DNA from: Alphaproteobacteria bacterium
GTDB lineage: Bacteria; Pseudomonadota; Alphaproteobacteria; Rhodobacterales; Rhodobacteraceae
Assembly (NCBI GenBank): GCA_016869875.1
Contig: VGDE01000001.1
Coordinates: 7,088-71,087 of the forward strand
DNA: 64,000 nt
Reading direction: 5' to 3'
Shown: piece after piece, positions 19,494 to 31,506 of the stretch
How the letters are laid out: every line of letters starts with the position of its first letter
How positions within the stretch are numbered: the stretch's first letter is position 1
The notes under the pieces: generated by a model
What the model was told of the DNA's origin: nothing
What the model saw: only the letters and a program-made list of their open reading frames with translations
Databases searched by the model: none
Program-made: the position numbers and the translations under genes

Positions 19494-21323
19494 TCAGTCG
19501 CGCCGCCCGAACAGGCGCTCGATGTCGTTCAGGTGCAGCTTGACCCAGGTCGGGCGCCCGTGGTTGCACTGGCCCGATTTCGGCGTCCGCTCCATTTCGC
19601 GCAGCAGGGCGTTCATCTCCTCTGCCGTCATCCGCCGCCCGGACCGGACCGAGCCGTGGCAGGCCATCGAGGACAGGACCGCATCGATCCGCGCCCGCAG
19701 CCGGTCCGAACTGCCCTGATCGGCCAGGTCGTCCAGAATGTCGCGGATCAGGGCAGATGCGTCCAGCCGCGCCAGCAGGGCCGGCACCTCGCGCACCGCA
19801 ATGGCACCGCCGCCGAACGGCTCGATCACCAGTCCCAGGGCGGCCATGTCATCGGCGACCGACAAGAGGCGGGCAGCGTCGGTTTCGGCCAGTTCCACGA
19901 TCTCGGGGATCAGAAGGGCCTGCGCCGCGATCCCGTTCGCCTCGGCCTGCGCCTTCAGCCGTTCATAGACCAGCCGTTCATGGGCGGCATGCTGATCCAC
20001 GATGACGAGGCCGTCCAAGGTCTGGGCGATGATGTAGTTTTCGTGGACCTGCGCGCGTGCCGCGCCCAAAGGGGCCTCGCCCGTGGCGACGGGTGCGGCC
20101 GCCGTGTCATCCTGCACCGGCTCATAGCGGGCCGAGGGCGTTTCGGCAAAGCCGGCCTCTGGGGCCTGCAAGTCCAGCGCGGCCCTGATCGCCGGAGCCG
20201 AGGGGGTTTCGGGGCGCCAGGCCGCCGGGGCGCGGGTCGGGGCCGGCTCGGGCTGAAACGCCCGCAGCGTCGCGGCGCCCACCGTTGTCGAGGCGCGATG
20301 CCCGGCCTGTGCCATGGCATGGCGCAGCGCACTGACGATCAGACCCCGCGCGGCCTGCGGGTCGCGGAAGCGGACCTCGGCCTTGGCAGGATGGACGTTC
20401 ACATCCACAAGCTGCGGATCGCAGTTCAGGAACAGCACGACCGCCGGATAACGGCTGGCCGCCATCACATCCATGTAGCCGGCCCGCAGCGCGCCCGTCA
20501 GCAGCTTGTCGCGCACCGGGCGGCCGTTCACAAACAGATGCTGCGCGACCGCCGCACCCCGCGAATAGGTCGGCAGCGCCGCAAAGCCCGTCAGGGCCAG
20601 GCCGTCGCGTTCGGCATCAATTGGCAGGGCGTTGTCGATGAACTCGGGACCCATGATGCGAGTCAGGCGGGTCGTCAGGGCGCCGAACAGCTCGCCCTGC
20701 TCGGCATCAGCGCGAAAGATCTCGCGCCCATCGGCCGACAGGCAAAAGCCCACATAAGGCTCGGCCATGGCCAGACGGCGCACCACCTCGGCCACGGCCT
20801 GGGTTTCGGCGCGCTCGGTGCGCAGGAACTTCAGCCGGGCAGGGGTCGCAAAGAACAGGTCGCGCAGTTCGACCACCGAGCCGCGATTGGCGGCGGCCGG
20901 GCGCGGAGGCGTCATCCGCCCACCGGTGACGGCGATGACGGCGCCCTCCTCTCCGGGCGCGCGCGAGGTGATCGTCAGCCGCCCCACGGCGCCAAGCGAA
21001 GCCAGGGCTTCGCCGCGAAAGCCAAAGCTGGTGATCGCCAGGAGGTCCGACCCGTCGATCTTGCTGGTGGCGTGACGCGACAGCGCCAGCGGCAGGTCCT
21101 GAGGCGTCATGCCGCAACCGTCATCCGTCACCCGGATCAGTCGCTTGCCGCCTTCCTCGATGCAGATCTCGACCCGCGTCGCCCCCGCGTCCAGCGCGTT
21201 CTCGACCAGTTCCTTGACGGCCGAGGCAGGACGCTCGACCACCTCGCCGGCCGCGATGCGATTGGCCGTGGCTTCGTCCAGTTGCCGGATGACCGGACGT
21301 ATATGGGGGGCATGGCTGTTCAT
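19494..21323 (-). CDS. mutL: DNA mismatch repair endonuclease MutL
   Basis: [34 protein letters not shown]. Confidence 0.97.
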   Translation of the reverse strand: MNSHAPHIRPVIRQLDEATANRIAAGEVVERPASAVKELVENALDAGATRVEICIEEGGKRLIRVTDDGCGMTPQDLPLALSRHATSKIDGSDLLAITSFGFRGEALASLGAVGRLTITSRAPGEEGAVIAVTGGRMTPPRPAAANRGSVVELRDLFFATPARLKFLRTERAETQAVAEVVRRLAMAEPYVGFCLSADGREIFRADAEQGELFGALTTRLTRIMGPEFIDNALPIDAERDGLALTGFAALPTYSRGAAVAQHLFVNGRPVRDKLLTGALRAGYMDVMAASRYPAVVLFLNCDPQLVDVNVHPAKAEVRFRDPQAARGLIVSALRHAMAQAGHRASTTVGAATLRAFQPEPAPTRAPAAWRPETPSAPAIRAALDLQAPEAGFAETPSARYEPVQDDTAAAPVATGEAPLGAARAQVHENYIIAQTLDGLVIVDQHAAHERLVYERLKAQAEANGIAAQALLIPEIVELAETDAARLLSVADDMAALGLVIEPFGGGAIAVREVPALLARLDASALIRDILDDLADQGSSDRLRARIDAVLSSMACHGSVRSGRRMTAEEMNALLREMERTPKSGQCNHGRPTWVKLHLNDIERLFGRRD

Positions 21324-21386
21324 GCCCCCAAATCTAGCACCAACACCCGCAAACCGCCAGAGATTCCCCTGCAGTCGACATGCCCA

Positions 21387-21413
21387 CGCCGCGCCCCCGG
21401 CGGGGGCGCGGCG
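21387..21413. repeat. GC-rich hairpin between the M16 gene and mutL
   Basis: CGCCGCGCCCCC-GGC-GGGGGCGCGGCG. Confidence 0.4.
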
Positions 21414-21438
21414 CGTGCAGTTGCTTTCGTCCCGGGCT

Positions 21439-22764
21439 TCAGTTCGTGGCGGCGTCGGCCGGCGTTTCCTCGATCCCCTCCGGACGCCCGACCAGAACAA
21501 AGCGCAGCTGGTCCGTGTCCAGCAGCCGCCCGGCCACGCGCGTCACGTCTTCGGGCGTCACCGCCTCGACCTTCGCGTTCCGGGTGTTGATGTAGTCGAT
21601 GGGCAGCCCGATCAGCTGCATCCCCGCCAGAATCGAGGCGATACGCCCGTTTCCGTCAAAGCGCAGGGGATATTCGCCCGTCAGGTAGGTCTTGGCATCC
21701 GCCAGTTCCTGCGGGGTCACGCCCTCGGCCATCTGCGTCCATTCCTGCCGGATCAGGTCCACGGCCTCGGCCGTCGTGGCGTTCGAGCCCGCCATTCCGC
21801 CCTGCCAGGTCTGCCCGTACAGCTTCGAGGCCAGTGCCGTTCCGACACCATAGGTCAGGCCCCGCTTTTCGCGGATCTCCTCCATCAGGCGCGAACTGAA
21901 GCCGCCGCCGCCCAGGATGTGATCCGCCACAAAGGCCGCGAAGTAATCGGGGTCGTCGATCGGCAGCCCCGGTCCGGCAAAGGACACCACCGTCTGCGGG
22001 CTGTCCCAGTCGATCACCGTCACGCCACCGGTCAGTTGCAGCTCTGCCGGTTCCGGCAGAGGGGCGGTGGCCTCTGCCGGCAGCCCACCCAGGATCCGGT
22101 CCAGCAGCGGGCCCAGTTCTTCGGGGGTAATGTCGCCTGCGGCGCCCACGACCACGCGGTCGCGCGCCAGCACGCGGTTCTTGGCGGCAACCAGGTCCTG
22201 CCGGCTCAGCGCGGCCACGCTGTCGCGCGTCCCGTTGATCGAGGTCGCATAAGGGTGATCCCCCCAGGCCTGGCGGGCCATTTCCTTGGCGGCGATGCTG
22301 CTCGGATCGGTCGCCTCGGAGCGGATGACGGCCTGCACCTGCGCGCGGACCCGCTCCACCGCCGGTTCGTCAAAGCGCGGCTGCGTCAGGGCCTGGGCCA
22401 GCAGGTCGGCCGCCTCGTCCCGATTGTCGCTCAGCGCGCGGAAGCCTATCGAAACCGCATCGTCGCCCGCGCTGAAGGACAGCCGCGCGCCCAAGTCCTC
22501 GGCGGCCTGGGCGAACTGGGTCGCGTCGCGCGTGCCCGCCCCTTCTTCCAGCAGCGCGGTCATCAGGTTCACGGCGCCCCGCTTGCCGGGGGGATCAAGG
22601 CTCGCGCCACCCTTGAACTGGATGTCCAGCGCCACGAAAGGGATGCTGTCGTCCTGCACCAGCCAGGCGCGGATGCCGCCCGGAGAGGTGACATCCTCGA
22701 TCTCGATGGCCTGCGCGGGCAGGGCCATCAGGGCGATCATGGTGGCGATGGCAGCGCGGATCAT
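21439..22764 (-). CDS. M16 family peptidase, non-catalytic subunit
   Basis: Signal peptide, [19 protein letters not shown] (R/Y pair); no HxxEH. Confidence 0.9.
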   Translation of the reverse strand: MIRAAIATMIALMALPAQAIEIEDVTSPGGIRAWLVQDDSIPFVALDIQFKGGASLDPPGKRGAVNLMTALLEEGAGTRDATQFAQAAEDLGARLSFSAGDDAVSIGFRALSDNRDEAADLLAQALTQPRFDEPAVERVRAQVQAVIRSEATDPSSIAAKEMARQAWGDHPYATSINGTRDSVAALSRQDLVAAKNRVLARDRVVVGAAGDITPEELGPLLDRILGGLPAEATAPLPEPAELQLTGGVTVIDWDSPQTVVSFAGPGLPIDDPDYFAAFVADHILGGGGFSSRLMEEIREKRGLTYGVGTALASKLYGQTWQGGMAGSNATTAEAVDLIRQEWTQMAEGVTPQELADAKTYLTGEYPLRFDGNGRIASILAGMQLIGLPIDYINTRNAKVEAVTPEDVTRVAGRLLDTDQLRFVLVGRPEGIEETPADAATN

Positions 22765-24188
22765 CCTTGCACCTCGGGCGTTTCGGGCTGGTCTGTTGTG
22801 GGCACGGGGGCAGGCGCGCTTGCCGCAGGCGCTTCTTGCGCGGTTTCGACCGGCGCGGGCAGCAGCCAGCCGGTGACGGCGCCGCGGCCGCCCAGCACCT
22901 CGCGGGCGGCGGCCATGACGTCCTCGGCCGTCACGGCCTCCAGGATATCGGGCCAGTCGTTGACGTCCTGGACCGTCAACCCGGTCGAAAGCCCTTGGCC
23001 ATAGTCATAGGCCCGGCCATGCGCCGAATCGCGGGCATAGATCTCGGCGGCCCGGATGCGGGTCTTGACGCGCTCCAGATCCGCCTCGTCGGGACCCTGA
23101 TCCAGGAACTTTGCCAGGGCAGCGTCCAGCGCCGCCTCGGCCTGCTCGGGGGTGCTGTTATCTGCGGGGACCAGCGACAGCGCAAAATCCGTGCGGTCCA
23201 GAGACAGCCCGTCGTAACTTGCGCCGACCCACAGCGCCTTGCCCGTCAGCACCAGTTCGCGCCCCAGAACCGAGGTCTGGGTCGAGCCGCCCAACAGGTC
23301 GGCCAGCACCGTCAGCGCCGCGGCCTTTTCCTGCCGGCCCGGATCGCGTTCCGGGGCCAGAACCCGCCGCGTCATCTGCGGCTGCGCCACGCGTGGGTCC
23401 GACATCTCGATCCGGCGGTCGGTCTGCTTGGGCTGTTCCTGGGGGCGCAGCCTCGGCTCGGCTTCGCCCTTGGCGGGAATGGCGCCGTAATGCTCCTCGG
23501 CCAGGCGGCGGACCTCCTCTGCCGTGACGTCGCCCGCGATGACCAGAACCGCCTCGTTGGGCGAATAATGGGTGTCGTACCACGCGATCGCGTCCTCGCG
23601 GGTCAGGGCCTCGATCTCGTCGCGCCAGCCGATGATGGGGCGCCCATAGGGATGGTTGTCGTAAAGAACCGCGTTCATCTCTTCGGCAAACAGCGCGCGC
23701 GGGTCGCTGTCGACACGCTGCGCACGTTCCTCCAGCACGACCTGCCGCTCCGCCTTCCAGTCATCGTCCGAGATCGACAGGTTTTCCATCCGGTCGGCCT
23801 CCATCTCCATCACCAGCGGCAGGCGGTCACTGGCGATGCGCTGGAAATAGGCCGTGAAATCCCACGAGGTGAAGGCGTTGTCGCTGCCGCCATTGGCGGT
23901 CACGGTTTTCGACAGTTCGCCCGCCGCCAGCGTGTCGGTGCCCTTGAACATCAGGTGTTCCAGGTAATGGGCGATGCCGGACTTGCCCGGCTGTTCGTCG
24001 GCCGCACCGATGCGGTACCAGACCATCTGCACCACGACGGGGGCGCGGCTGTCCTCGATCACCACCGTCTCCAGCCCGTTCGGCAGGGTAAAGTGGCTGA
24101 TGCCTTCGGGCATGTCGGCCAAGGCCATGACTGGTGTCGTCAGCGCCAGGGCCGTGGCCAGGGCATGGTGGAATGCGGGGCGACGCAT
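22761..24188 (-). CDS. M16 family Zn peptidase, catalytic subunit
   Basis: GIAHYLEHLMFKGT (HxxEH), NAFTS, signal peptide. Confidence 0.93.
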   Translation of the reverse strand: MRRPAFHHALATALALTTPVMALADMPEGISHFTLPNGLETVVIEDSRAPVVVQMVWYRIGAADEQPGKSGIAHYLEHLMFKGTDTLAAGELSKTVTANGGSDNAFTSWDFTAYFQRIASDRLPLVMEMEADRMENLSISDDDWKAERQVVLEERAQRVDSDPRALFAEEMNAVLYDNHPYGRPIIGWRDEIEALTREDAIAWYDTHYSPNEAVLVIAGDVTAEEVRRLAEEHYGAIPAKGEAEPRLRPQEQPKQTDRRIEMSDPRVAQPQMTRRVLAPERDPGRQEKAAALTVLADLLGGSTQTSVLGRELVLTGKALWVGASYDGLSLDRTDFALSLVPADNSTPEQAEAALDAALAKFLDQGPDEADLERVKTRIRAAEIYARDSAHGRAYDYGQGLSTGLTVQDVNDWPDILEAVTAEDVMAAAREVLGGRGAVTGWLLPAPVETAQEAPAASAPAPVPTTDQPETPEVQG

Positions 24189-24286
24189 GGGTGCTGCAAC
24201 CTCCTCTTGCTGACGGAAACTTGGACCGGCGGCCCGGGCGGCGCAAGCCACCCTCGCGGGAATGTGCGGCGCCTGCGGCCGGGCAC

Positions 24287-24349
24287 CGGGGCGCAGCCCC
24301 CGCGATCCCTGCCCCCTTTGTTGGGGGCAGGGTTCGTGCCCGCCCCGGA
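24287..24349. repeat. Nested hairpin at the P450/M16 junction
   Basis: CCGGGGCG...CCCTGCCCCC-TTTGTT-GGGGGCAGGG...CGCCCCGG. Confidence 0.4.
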
Positions 24350-24374
24350 CGACAGGCCGATGGCCGGGACCGCC

Positions 24375-25595
24375 TCAGGACAGCAGGCGCAGGGGCAGGC
24401 TGGTGGGACCATGGGCCTGCAGGCCGGCCTTCCAGCGCACGGGCCCGTCCAGCGCCAGGCCAGGGACGCGGTCCAGCAGGGCCGTGAACAGGATCTCCAT
24501 GTTCAGCCGCGCGAGGTTGTTGCCCAGGCAGACATGTGCCCCCGCGCCAAAGGCCAGGTGCACATTGGGGCGGCGGGTGATGTCCAGTCGGTCGGGCTCC
24601 GCGAATGCCGCAGGGTCGCGGTTCGCGCTGGCATAAAGCAGCCCGAACTTGCTCCCCTTGGGCCAGTGCCGCCCGCAGAGGGTCAGGTCTTCCGAGGCAT
24701 AGCGATGAAAGAACGGCAGCGGCGCGGCAAAGCGGAACATCTCCTGCACCGCCTGCGGCATCAGGCCGGGATTCGCGCGCAGCAGCGCCAGCTGGTCCGC
24801 ATGGGTCAGCAGCGCATGAAGACCGCTGCCCATCACGTCGATGGTCGAGCCGTGGCCCGCATGCAGGATCTGCATGATCGTGGCGATCAGTTCGTCATGC
24901 GTCAAAAGACCCGCCGTCTCTGCCCCGATCATGGCCGACATCAGGTCCTGGCGCGGGCAGGCGGCCCGTTCGGCGTGCAGGTCCTCCAGCAGCTCGGCGA
25001 ACAGGCGCGTTGCCTCTTCGGCGCGGGCCTTCTTGGCCGCCGTGCGGCCGATGTCGAAATAGCTGACCACATGCTCGGACCATTCCGTCATCCGCGGGGC
25101 CAGCGCCGGGTCGGTGCCGATCAGGTGGCCGATCACCTGGCCGGGCAGCTGCGCGGCCAGGTCCGGCACAAAATCGATGCGCCCCCGAGGAATCAACCGG
25201 TCCAGCGCCCCGTCCACCCAATCGGTGACAAAGCCCCGCAGGCCCTCCAGCCGGGTCTTGGTAAAGAACGGAAAGACCCCGCGGCGCAGCCGGTCGTGGT
25301 CCGGCCCGTCGATGTCCAGCATTGACATCTGCACAAAACGTTCATGGAACGGCATGTCGTGAAAGTTTCCGGCGACCTGCAGGCGGCGCACCTCGTCGGG
25401 CGGGCAAAAGGCCGCTGGATCGCGCACCATGCGGCGGTCCAGCGCGATGGCGCGGACATCGGCCATGCGCGCGGCCAGATGCCCGTCAAAGCCGGGCCAG
25501 AAGGGCAGGCCGGGCTGGTCGCGCAGGCGTGCATAGGCGGGCCAGGGGTCGGCTCCGAAGCCGGGGGCCGACGGATCGAACAGGGCGTTCCTCAC
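24375..25595 (-). CDS. Cytochrome P450
   Basis: DGPDHDRLR, ExxR (EMFR), ANRDP, heme motif FGAGAHVCLG; GTG start overlaps the upstream stop. Confidence 0.93.
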   Translation of the reverse strand: MRNALFDPSAPGFGADPWPAYARLRDQPGLPFWPGFDGHLAARMADVRAIALDRRMVRDPAAFCPPDEVRRLQVAGNFHDMPFHERFVQMSMLDIDGPDHDRLRRGVFPFFTKTRLEGLRGFVTDWVDGALDRLIPRGRIDFVPDLAAQLPGQVIGHLIGTDPALAPRMTEWSEHVVSYFDIGRTAAKKARAEEATRLFAELLEDLHAERAACPRQDLMSAMIGAETAGLLTHDELIATIMQILHAGHGSTIDVMGSGLHALLTHADQLALLRANPGLMPQAVQEMFRFAAPLPFFHRYASEDLTLCGRHWPKGSKFGLLYASANRDPAAFAEPDRLDITRRPNVHLAFGAGAHVCLGNNLARLNMEILFTALLDRVPGLALDGPVRWKAGLQAHGPTSLPLRLLS

Positions 25596-26113
25596 CGCGC
25601 GGCGGGCGCCGGCGCGGTCGAGGTGATGGCACCCGCCCGCTGCCATCGCAGCTGCTCGGCGGGCGCGTCCAGCGCCATCGGCGCATAGGCGCGCTGATAG
25701 ACGGAGGTTCCGAACAGCACCTCCAGCGGGCGGCGGCCGTTGCGGGCACGCCATTCGGCATCCGATCGCGCAAGGCTGGCGCGGATGTCGGGGTCGGTTC
25801 CTGCCCGCCCTGCATGGGCCACCAGCGCCTGGTCGGCGGCGCCAATGCCCTGATCGGACAGGCGGTCCGGGTTGCCGCCCAAGGCCGCCACCGCGTCCCC
25901 CTGCGGGTTCGGGTCGGTGATGTTGCTGCCACCGGGAGTGGGCGCGGGCAGCACCGCCAGATCGGGCGGCATCGACAGCGCGCGCGTCGGCAGGATCGCG
26001 AATTCATCCGGACCGCTCTGCCCCGACTTGAGGTTGTTCAACTGCGAGCTGCCCCCGCAGGCCCCAAGGCCCGTCACGGCCGCAACTCCGATCACCAGCG
26101 CCCATGTCCGCAT
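25592..26113 (-). CDS. DUF3035 lipoprotein
   Basis: Lipobox LGAC, GPDEFAI...L.MPPD...LPAPTPG. Confidence 0.88.
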   Translation of the reverse strand: MRTWALVIGVAAVTGLGACGGSSQLNNLKSGQSGPDEFAILPTRALSMPPDLAVLPAPTPGGSNITDPNPQGDAVAALGGNPDRLSDQGIGAADQALVAHAGRAGTDPDIRASLARSDAEWRARNGRRPLEVLFGTSVYQRAYAPMALDAPAEQLRWQRAGAITSTAPAPAAR

Positions 26114-26142
26114 GTCCTGCCCCCTTTGTGCCTTGCGCCGTT

Positions 26143-26889
26143 CTAGCCCGCTTTCCCGTCGCCGTCACGGGTCTGTTCGCCGGCCGCGTCGCGGTTGTGG
26201 TCGAACAGGTCCGGCTGTCGGGGCCGGGGGGGCGGGGGCGGCTGTTGGGACGCAGGCCTGGGACGCGGGGCGGGCTTGGCCTTGGCCGGCTCCTTGCGCT
26301 CGGCGCGAGGGGCGGGCGTGTCCGAGGTGTTCTGCGGCATCAGCACCAGCCCGATCGCGCCGGCAAAGATGGCGATGTCGGCCACGTTGAAGCTGTAAGG
26401 GTTCTGCCAGCCCGGCCGGGACATGTTCAGGAAATCCGCCACTGCCCCGTAAAGCAGGCGGTCCACCACGTTGCCAAGCGCGCCGCCGATCAGCAGTCCC
26501 GCCGCCGCGCGGGCAAACCGCCCCAGGTTCGCCCGCCAGACCCAGATCCACACCCACAGGCAGATTGCCAGTGCGATACCGATCAGCACCCACCGCATCA
26601 CGTTCTGGTCCGAGGCCATCAGGCCGAAGTTCACCCCTTGGTTCCACGCCATGCGCAGGTTCAGCCAGGGCGGCAGCACGTCGATCTCGCGCACGCGGTC
26701 CAGCTGCATGATATGCACGACCAGGTATTTCAGCGCCTGGTCCAGCAGGAACACGGCCGCCGCGACCCAGATCACCAGGCGCATGTCGCTGCGCGGCGGC
26801 CCGGCGGGAGCCTTGGGCTTGCGGGCCTGGGGCGCGGCCGCCGCCTTGCGCGGTGCGGGGCTGCGCTCGGCTTTGGGTGCGCTGGCCAT
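26143..26889 (-). CDS. lspA: Lipoprotein signal peptidase II with low-complexity terminal extensions
   Basis: [32 protein letters not shown]. Confidence 0.95.
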   Translation of the reverse strand: MASAPKAERSPAPRKAAAAPQARKPKAPAGPPRSDMRLVIWVAAAVFLLDQALKYLVVHIMQLDRVREIDVLPPWLNLRMAWNQGVNFGLMASDQNVMRWVLIGIALAICLWVWIWVWRANLGRFARAAAGLLIGGALGNVVDRLLYGAVADFLNMSRPGWQNPYSFNVADIAIFAGAIGLVLMPQNTSDTPAPRAERKEPAKAKPAPRPRPASQQPPPPPRPRQPDLFDHNRDAAGEQTRDGDGKAG

Positions 26890-28478
26890 CAGTGCCGGAA
26901 GTGCCGCTGGCCGGTCAGGACCATGGCCAGACCCAGGCGGTTTGCAGCCGCGATCACCTCGTCGTCGCGCATCGACCCACCGGGCTGGATCACGGCCTTG
27001 GCGCCCGCCTCGGCCAGCGCCTCGATGCCGTCCGCAAAGGGAAAGAACGCGTCGGAGGCCACGGCGGCACCTATGGTCAGGGGCTGGGCAAGACCCATCG
27101 CCTGCGCCATGTCCTCGGACTTGCGGCGGCCGATGCGGGTGCTGTCCACGCGGCTCATCTGGCCGGCGCCGATGCCCACGGTCGCCAGATCCCTGGCATA
27201 GACGATGGCGTTCGATTTCACGTGCTTGGCGACCGTCCAGGCGAACAGCATGTCGGCCAGTTCCTCCTCGGACGGCTGGCGCTCGGTCACGATCCTCAGG
27301 TCGGCGCGGGCGACATGGCCGTTGTCGCGGCCTTGCGCCAGAAATCCGCCCGCAACCTGGCGGAAGGTCAATCCGCCCGCACGGGGGTCAGGCAGGCCGC
27401 CCGTCGTCAGCAGGCGCAGGTTCTTCTTGCCCGCAAAGATCCGCCTGGCGTCCTCGTCGGCATCGGGGGCGATGACGACTTCGGTGAAGATCTTGACGAT
27501 CTCCTCGGCGGTGGCGCCGTCCAGCGGCTGGTTCAGCGCGATGATGCCGCCAAAGGCCGAGGTGCGGTCGCAGTCGAAGGCGCGCTTGTAGGCCTCCAGC
27601 GCCGATCCGCCCTGGGCCACGCCGCAGGGATTGGCGTGCTTGATGATCGCGCAGGCCGGGCCCTGAGCCGGGTCGAACTCGGCCACCAGCTCGAAGGCCG
27701 CGTCCGTGTCGTTGATGTTGTTGTAGGACAGTTCCTTGCCCTGGTGCTGGGTCGCGGTGGCGACGCCGGGACGGCTTTCGCCGGTGACATAGAAGGCCGC
27801 CTGCTGGTGCGGGTTCTCGCCATAGCGCAGGCCTTGGGCCAGCGTGCCGGCCAAGGCCCGACGGCGGGGCGTGTCCTCGCCGATGGCCCCGGCCATCCAG
27901 GTGCTGACGGCGGCGTCATAGGCTGCGGTGCGGGCATAAGCGATCTGCGCCTGGCGCTGGCGGAAGGGCAGGGTCGTCGCGCCGTCGTGGGCGTCCAGTT
28001 CGGTCAGCACGGCGTCGTAATCCTGCACGTCCACGACCACGGTGACAAAGCCGTGGTTCTTGGCCGCCGCGCGGATCATCGCCGGGCCGCCGATGTCGAT
28101 GTTCTCGATGCAGTCGTCATAGTCCGCGCCGTTGGCGACCGTCTCCTCGAACGGGTAAAGGTTCACGACCAGCAGGTCGATCGCGCCGATCCCATGCTGT
28201 TCCATGGCCGCAACGTGGTCGTCGTTGTCCCGCAGCGCCAGCAGCCCCCCATGCACCTTGGGGTGCAGCGTCTTGACCCGGCCGTCCATCATTTCCGGAA
28301 AGCCGGTGACATCGGCCACGTCCGTAACGGTCAGCCCCGCGTCGCGCAGCGCCTTGGCGCTGCCGCCGGTGGACAGGATCTGGATGCCGCGCGCGTCCAG
28401 CGCCCTGGCAAAGTCGATCAGCCCGGTCTTGTCGGAAACCGAGATCAGCGCGCGTTTCAGGGCGACGGGAGGGGTCAT
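26889..28478 (-). CDS. purH: Bifunctional AICAR transformylase/IMP cyclohydrolase
   Basis: [34 protein letters not shown], ends RHFRH. Confidence 0.98.
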   Translation of the reverse strand: MTPPVALKRALISVSDKTGLIDFARALDARGIQILSTGGSAKALRDAGLTVTDVADVTGFPEMMDGRVKTLHPKVHGGLLALRDNDDHVAAMEQHGIGAIDLLVVNLYPFEETVANGADYDDCIENIDIGGPAMIRAAAKNHGFVTVVVDVQDYDAVLTELDAHDGATTLPFRQRQAQIAYARTAAYDAAVSTWMAGAIGEDTPRRRALAGTLAQGLRYGENPHQQAAFYVTGESRPGVATATQHQGKELSYNNINDTDAAFELVAEFDPAQGPACAIIKHANPCGVAQGGSALEAYKRAFDCDRTSAFGGIIALNQPLDGATAEEIVKIFTEVVIAPDADEDARRIFAGKKNLRLLTTGGLPDPRAGGLTFRQVAGGFLAQGRDNGHVARADLRIVTERQPSEEELADMLFAWTVAKHVKSNAIVYARDLATVGIGAGQMSRVDSTRIGRRKSEDMAQAMGLAQPLTIGAAVASDAFFPFADGIEALAEAGAKAVIQPGGSMRDDEVIAAANRLGLAMVLTGQRHFRH

Positions 28479-28536
28479 GGGGGCCTCGTGACTGGTTCCC
28501 CGTCCGATTAGCGAAGCGGGGACCGAAGGTCCAGCG

Positions 28537-29772
28537 TCAGGACGGCTTTCGCAGCCGCGCCATGTAAAAGCCGTCCATGCCTCCCTTGTCGGCCCAGTAA
28601 TCGGGCCGCAGGCGCAGGCCGCCTTCCTGCGTGATCCAGGCCGGGTCGATGCCGGGCAGGTCGGGGCGTTCGATTGTCAGGCCCGGGTGGCGGGCCAGCG
28701 CCTCGTCCACCTGCACCTCGCCTTCGTCGGGGATCAGCGAGCAGGTGGCAAAGACCAGCCGCCCGCCCGGCCGCAGCAGCGTCAGTGCGTGGTCCAGCAG
28801 CGCGGCCTGCAGTTCGATCAGCTCCGCGATGCCGTGGCCGTCGCGGATGAACGGCAGGTCGGGGTGGCGCCGGATCGTGCCGGTGGCGCTGCAGGGGGCG
28901 TCCAGAAGAATCGCGTCAAAGGTCACGTCGGGACGCCAGGCCAGCGCGTCGGCGGCCACCAGCCGCGCGGTCAGCCCGCAGCGCAGCAGGTTTTCGGACA
29001 CGCGCTTCAGTCGCTGGTCGTTGATGTCCACGGCGATCACCTGCGCGCCGGCGGCGGCCAGCTGCAGCGTCTTGCCCCCGGGGGCGGCGCACAGATCGGC
29101 GATGCGTTCGCCCGGTTGCGGGTCCAGCAGGCGCACGGGCAGGGCTGCGGCCGCGTCCTGCACCCACCACTCGCCCGCGTCGTAACCGGGCAGCGCCGTC
29201 ACCTGCGCCGGGCCGTGCAGCCGCCAGGACCCGGTGGGCAGGGCATCGGTGCCCGGCACCGGGGCCGCACCGGGCCGGGGCGTCAGGTCAAGGGGCGCCC
29301 CCTGCTGATGGGCGGCCTCGACGGCCGCGATCACCGGCTGGCCATAGGCCTCGACCAGCGGGCCGCGCAGCCATTCGGGCAGGGGCTGCGGGGTCAGGTC
29401 CGCCCAGCCCGGATAGGCGGCGGCCTTGCGCAGCACGGCATTCACCATGCCGGCGGCCGCCTGGCCGCGCTTGCCCAGGGTGCGGGTCAGATCAACGGCT
29501 GCGCCCACGACGCCATGCGCGGGCGCACCCAGTTCCAGCATCTCGACAACGGCCAGGCGCAGCACGTCGGCGACCTGCGGGGCGGGCTTGCGCGACACCA
29601 GCCCCTCGATCACGCGGTCCGCCCGTCCCTGATGGCGCAGGGTCTCGGCCGCCAGCCGCGCCGCGCGGGCCTGATCGGCCACGGGCAGGCTGCGCAGCGC
29701 GCCCGCCTGGTCGCCAAGCGACCGCCCCTCGCGCACACCCTGGATCAATCGCAACGCGCCCTGTCGCGCCAT
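28537..29772 (-). CDS. RsmB/NOP family RNA m5C methyltransferase
   Basis: NusB-like N-terminus, [22 protein letters not shown]. Confidence 0.92.
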   Translation of the reverse strand: MARQGALRLIQGVREGRSLGDQAGALRSLPVADQARAARLAAETLRHQGRADRVIEGLVSRKPAPQVADVLRLAVVEMLELGAPAHGVVGAAVDLTRTLGKRGQAAAGMVNAVLRKAAAYPGWADLTPQPLPEWLRGPLVEAYGQPVIAAVEAAHQQGAPLDLTPRPGAAPVPGTDALPTGSWRLHGPAQVTALPGYDAGEWWVQDAAAALPVRLLDPQPGERIADLCAAPGGKTLQLAAAGAQVIAVDINDQRLKRVSENLLRCGLTARLVAADALAWRPDVTFDAILLDAPCSATGTIRRHPDLPFIRDGHGIAELIELQAALLDHALTLLRPGGRLVFATCSLIPDEGEVQVDEALARHPGLTIERPDLPGIDPAWITQEGGLRLRPDYWADKGGMDGFYMARLRKPS

Positions 29773-29863
29773 ATCGCCGCCCGGCTTTGCCAAAACGCTT
29801 TCCTTCGCCTACATGTTATTCAAGACTGACCGTGACCCATACGCCCATTCGGGAGATGTTTCC

Positions 29864-30064
29864 ATGAGTGATGACGCCAGCGATCCCCGCCCCGGCACCC
29901 CAGCCGACCTGCCGCCCGCCGCGCAGCGCGCCCTGGCCGAGGCCGAGGAACGCCGCAAAGCCGCCGCCGCACAGATCCTGCCCAAGGAATATGGCGGCCG
30001 CGACGGACCCGAGCCCGTGCGCTATGGCGACTATGAAAAGAACGGTCTCGCGGTGGATTTCTGA
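29864..30064 (+). CDS. DUF1674 (SdhAF4-like) protein
   Basis: PKEYGGRDGPEPVRYGDYEKNG..VDF. Confidence 0.9.
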   Translation: MSDDASDPRPGTPADLPPAAQRALAEAEERRKAAAAQILPKEYGGRDGPEPVRYGDYEKNGLAVDF

Positions 30065-30066
30065 GG

Positions 30067-31401
30067 ATGGACTGGCTGCGGGCCTCGGCCACCCAGCAGG
30101 GCCGCGCGATCATGGCGGGCCTGCTGGACCCCATCAACCAGACCGAGGCCTATCTGGCCGCCGCAAAGGAACATCCGGACTGTGACCGCATCTATGCGCG
30201 CCTGACCTGGGCCCGGGCGCGGTCCGAGGCCGTGGCCGCCCATGACCGCGCCAAGCAGGAACGCCGCCACAGCCTGCTGGACGGTGTCGCGATCAGCTGG
30301 AAGGACAACATCGACAGCGGCGGCACCGTGACCGAGGCGGGGTCGCGGCTGCTGGAAGGCCGCGTGCCGCGCAAGGACGCCAATATCCTGGCCCGTGCGG
30401 CGCGGCGCGGCACCGTCTGCCTGGGCAAGACCCACATGACCGAACTGGCCTTTTCCGGGCTGGGACTCAATCCGGTCACGGCCACGCCCCCCAATGCGCT
30501 GGACCCGGACCTGGCGCCCGGCGGATCGTCGTCGGGCGCGGCGGTGTCGGTGGCCCTGGGGCTGGCGGCGGCGGCGATCGGGTCCGATACGGGCGGCTCG
30601 GTCCGCGTGCCGGCGGCCTGGAACGGGCTGGTCGGGTTCAAGCCCACCCAAGGCGCGCTGCCGGAAAAGGGCGTGGTGCCCCTGACGCGCAAGTTCGACA
30701 TCGCTGGCCCCATCGCCCGCACGGTCGAGGATTGCGCCGAATTGTTCGCCATCATGGCCGACCAGCGTGCGCCCGACCTGTCCGAGGCGACGGTGCAGGG
30801 GCTGCGGCTGATGGTGCTGGACGGTCTGCCCTATGAAGGTGCCGAACCGGGTCCGGTCAACGCGTTTCAGGATGCCGTGGACCGGCTGGCGCGGGCCGGG
30901 GCGCAGGTCGGCCATGTCACCACCGACTGGATCGACCGCGCGATGGCATTGTCGCCAAAGCTGTTCGCCTCGGAAGCCTATGGCATCTGGCGCGCCCAGA
31001 TCGAGGATGCGCCCGAGCTGATGTGGAAGCCGATCCTGGACCGCTTCCGCGGCGGCACCGAGGTCAGCGGCCCCGACTATGTCGCCGCGTGGGAAAGCCT
31101 GACGCGCATCCGCCGCAAATGGATCAAGGAGGTCGTGGGCGGCTATGACGCCGTCCTGATCCCGACGGTGCCGATCATGCCGCCCCGGGCCGCCCGGCTG
31201 ATGGAGGACGAGGCCGAGTTCGTGCGCGCCAACCTGCTGACGTTGCGCAACACGCGCATCGCGAACCTGCTGGGCCTTCCGGCGATCACGCTGCCGACCG
31301 GCCATCCGGCCTGCGGGATCTCGTTGCTGGGGCATGCGGGCCAGGACCGCCACCTGTTGCGGGTGGCCGCCGGGGCCGAGGCGGCGCTGGCCGCGACATA
31401 G
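30067..31401 (+). CDS. Amidase signature family protein
   Basis: KD, GGSSSG, GSDTGGSVRVPA. Confidence 0.92.
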   Translation: MDWLRASATQQGRAIMAGLLDPINQTEAYLAAAKEHPDCDRIYARLTWARARSEAVAAHDRAKQERRHSLLDGVAISWKDNIDSGGTVTEAGSRLLEGRVPRKDANILARAARRGTVCLGKTHMTELAFSGLGLNPVTATPPNALDPDLAPGGSSSGAAVSVALGLAAAAIGSDTGGSVRVPAAWNGLVGFKPTQGALPEKGVVPLTRKFDIAGPIARTVEDCAELFAIMADQRAPDLSEATVQGLRLMVLDGLPYEGAEPGPVNAFQDAVDRLARAGAQVGHVTTDWIDRAMALSPKLFASEAYGIWRAQIEDAPELMWKPILDRFRGGTEVSGPDYVAAWESLTRIRRKWIKEVVGGYDAVLIPTVPIMPPRAARLMEDEAEFVRANLLTLRNTRIANLLGLPAITLPTGHPACGISLLGHAGQDRHLLRVAAGAEAALAAT

Positions 31402-31506
31402 GCAGAGGCTTGCACCGGCGCCGGTCTTTTGCTGGACGCAAGGGCGCGATCACGCTAATGTTTCTGCCAAAGGAACGGGGCGCAGACCCCGGAGAGCGAG
31501 GCAGAA

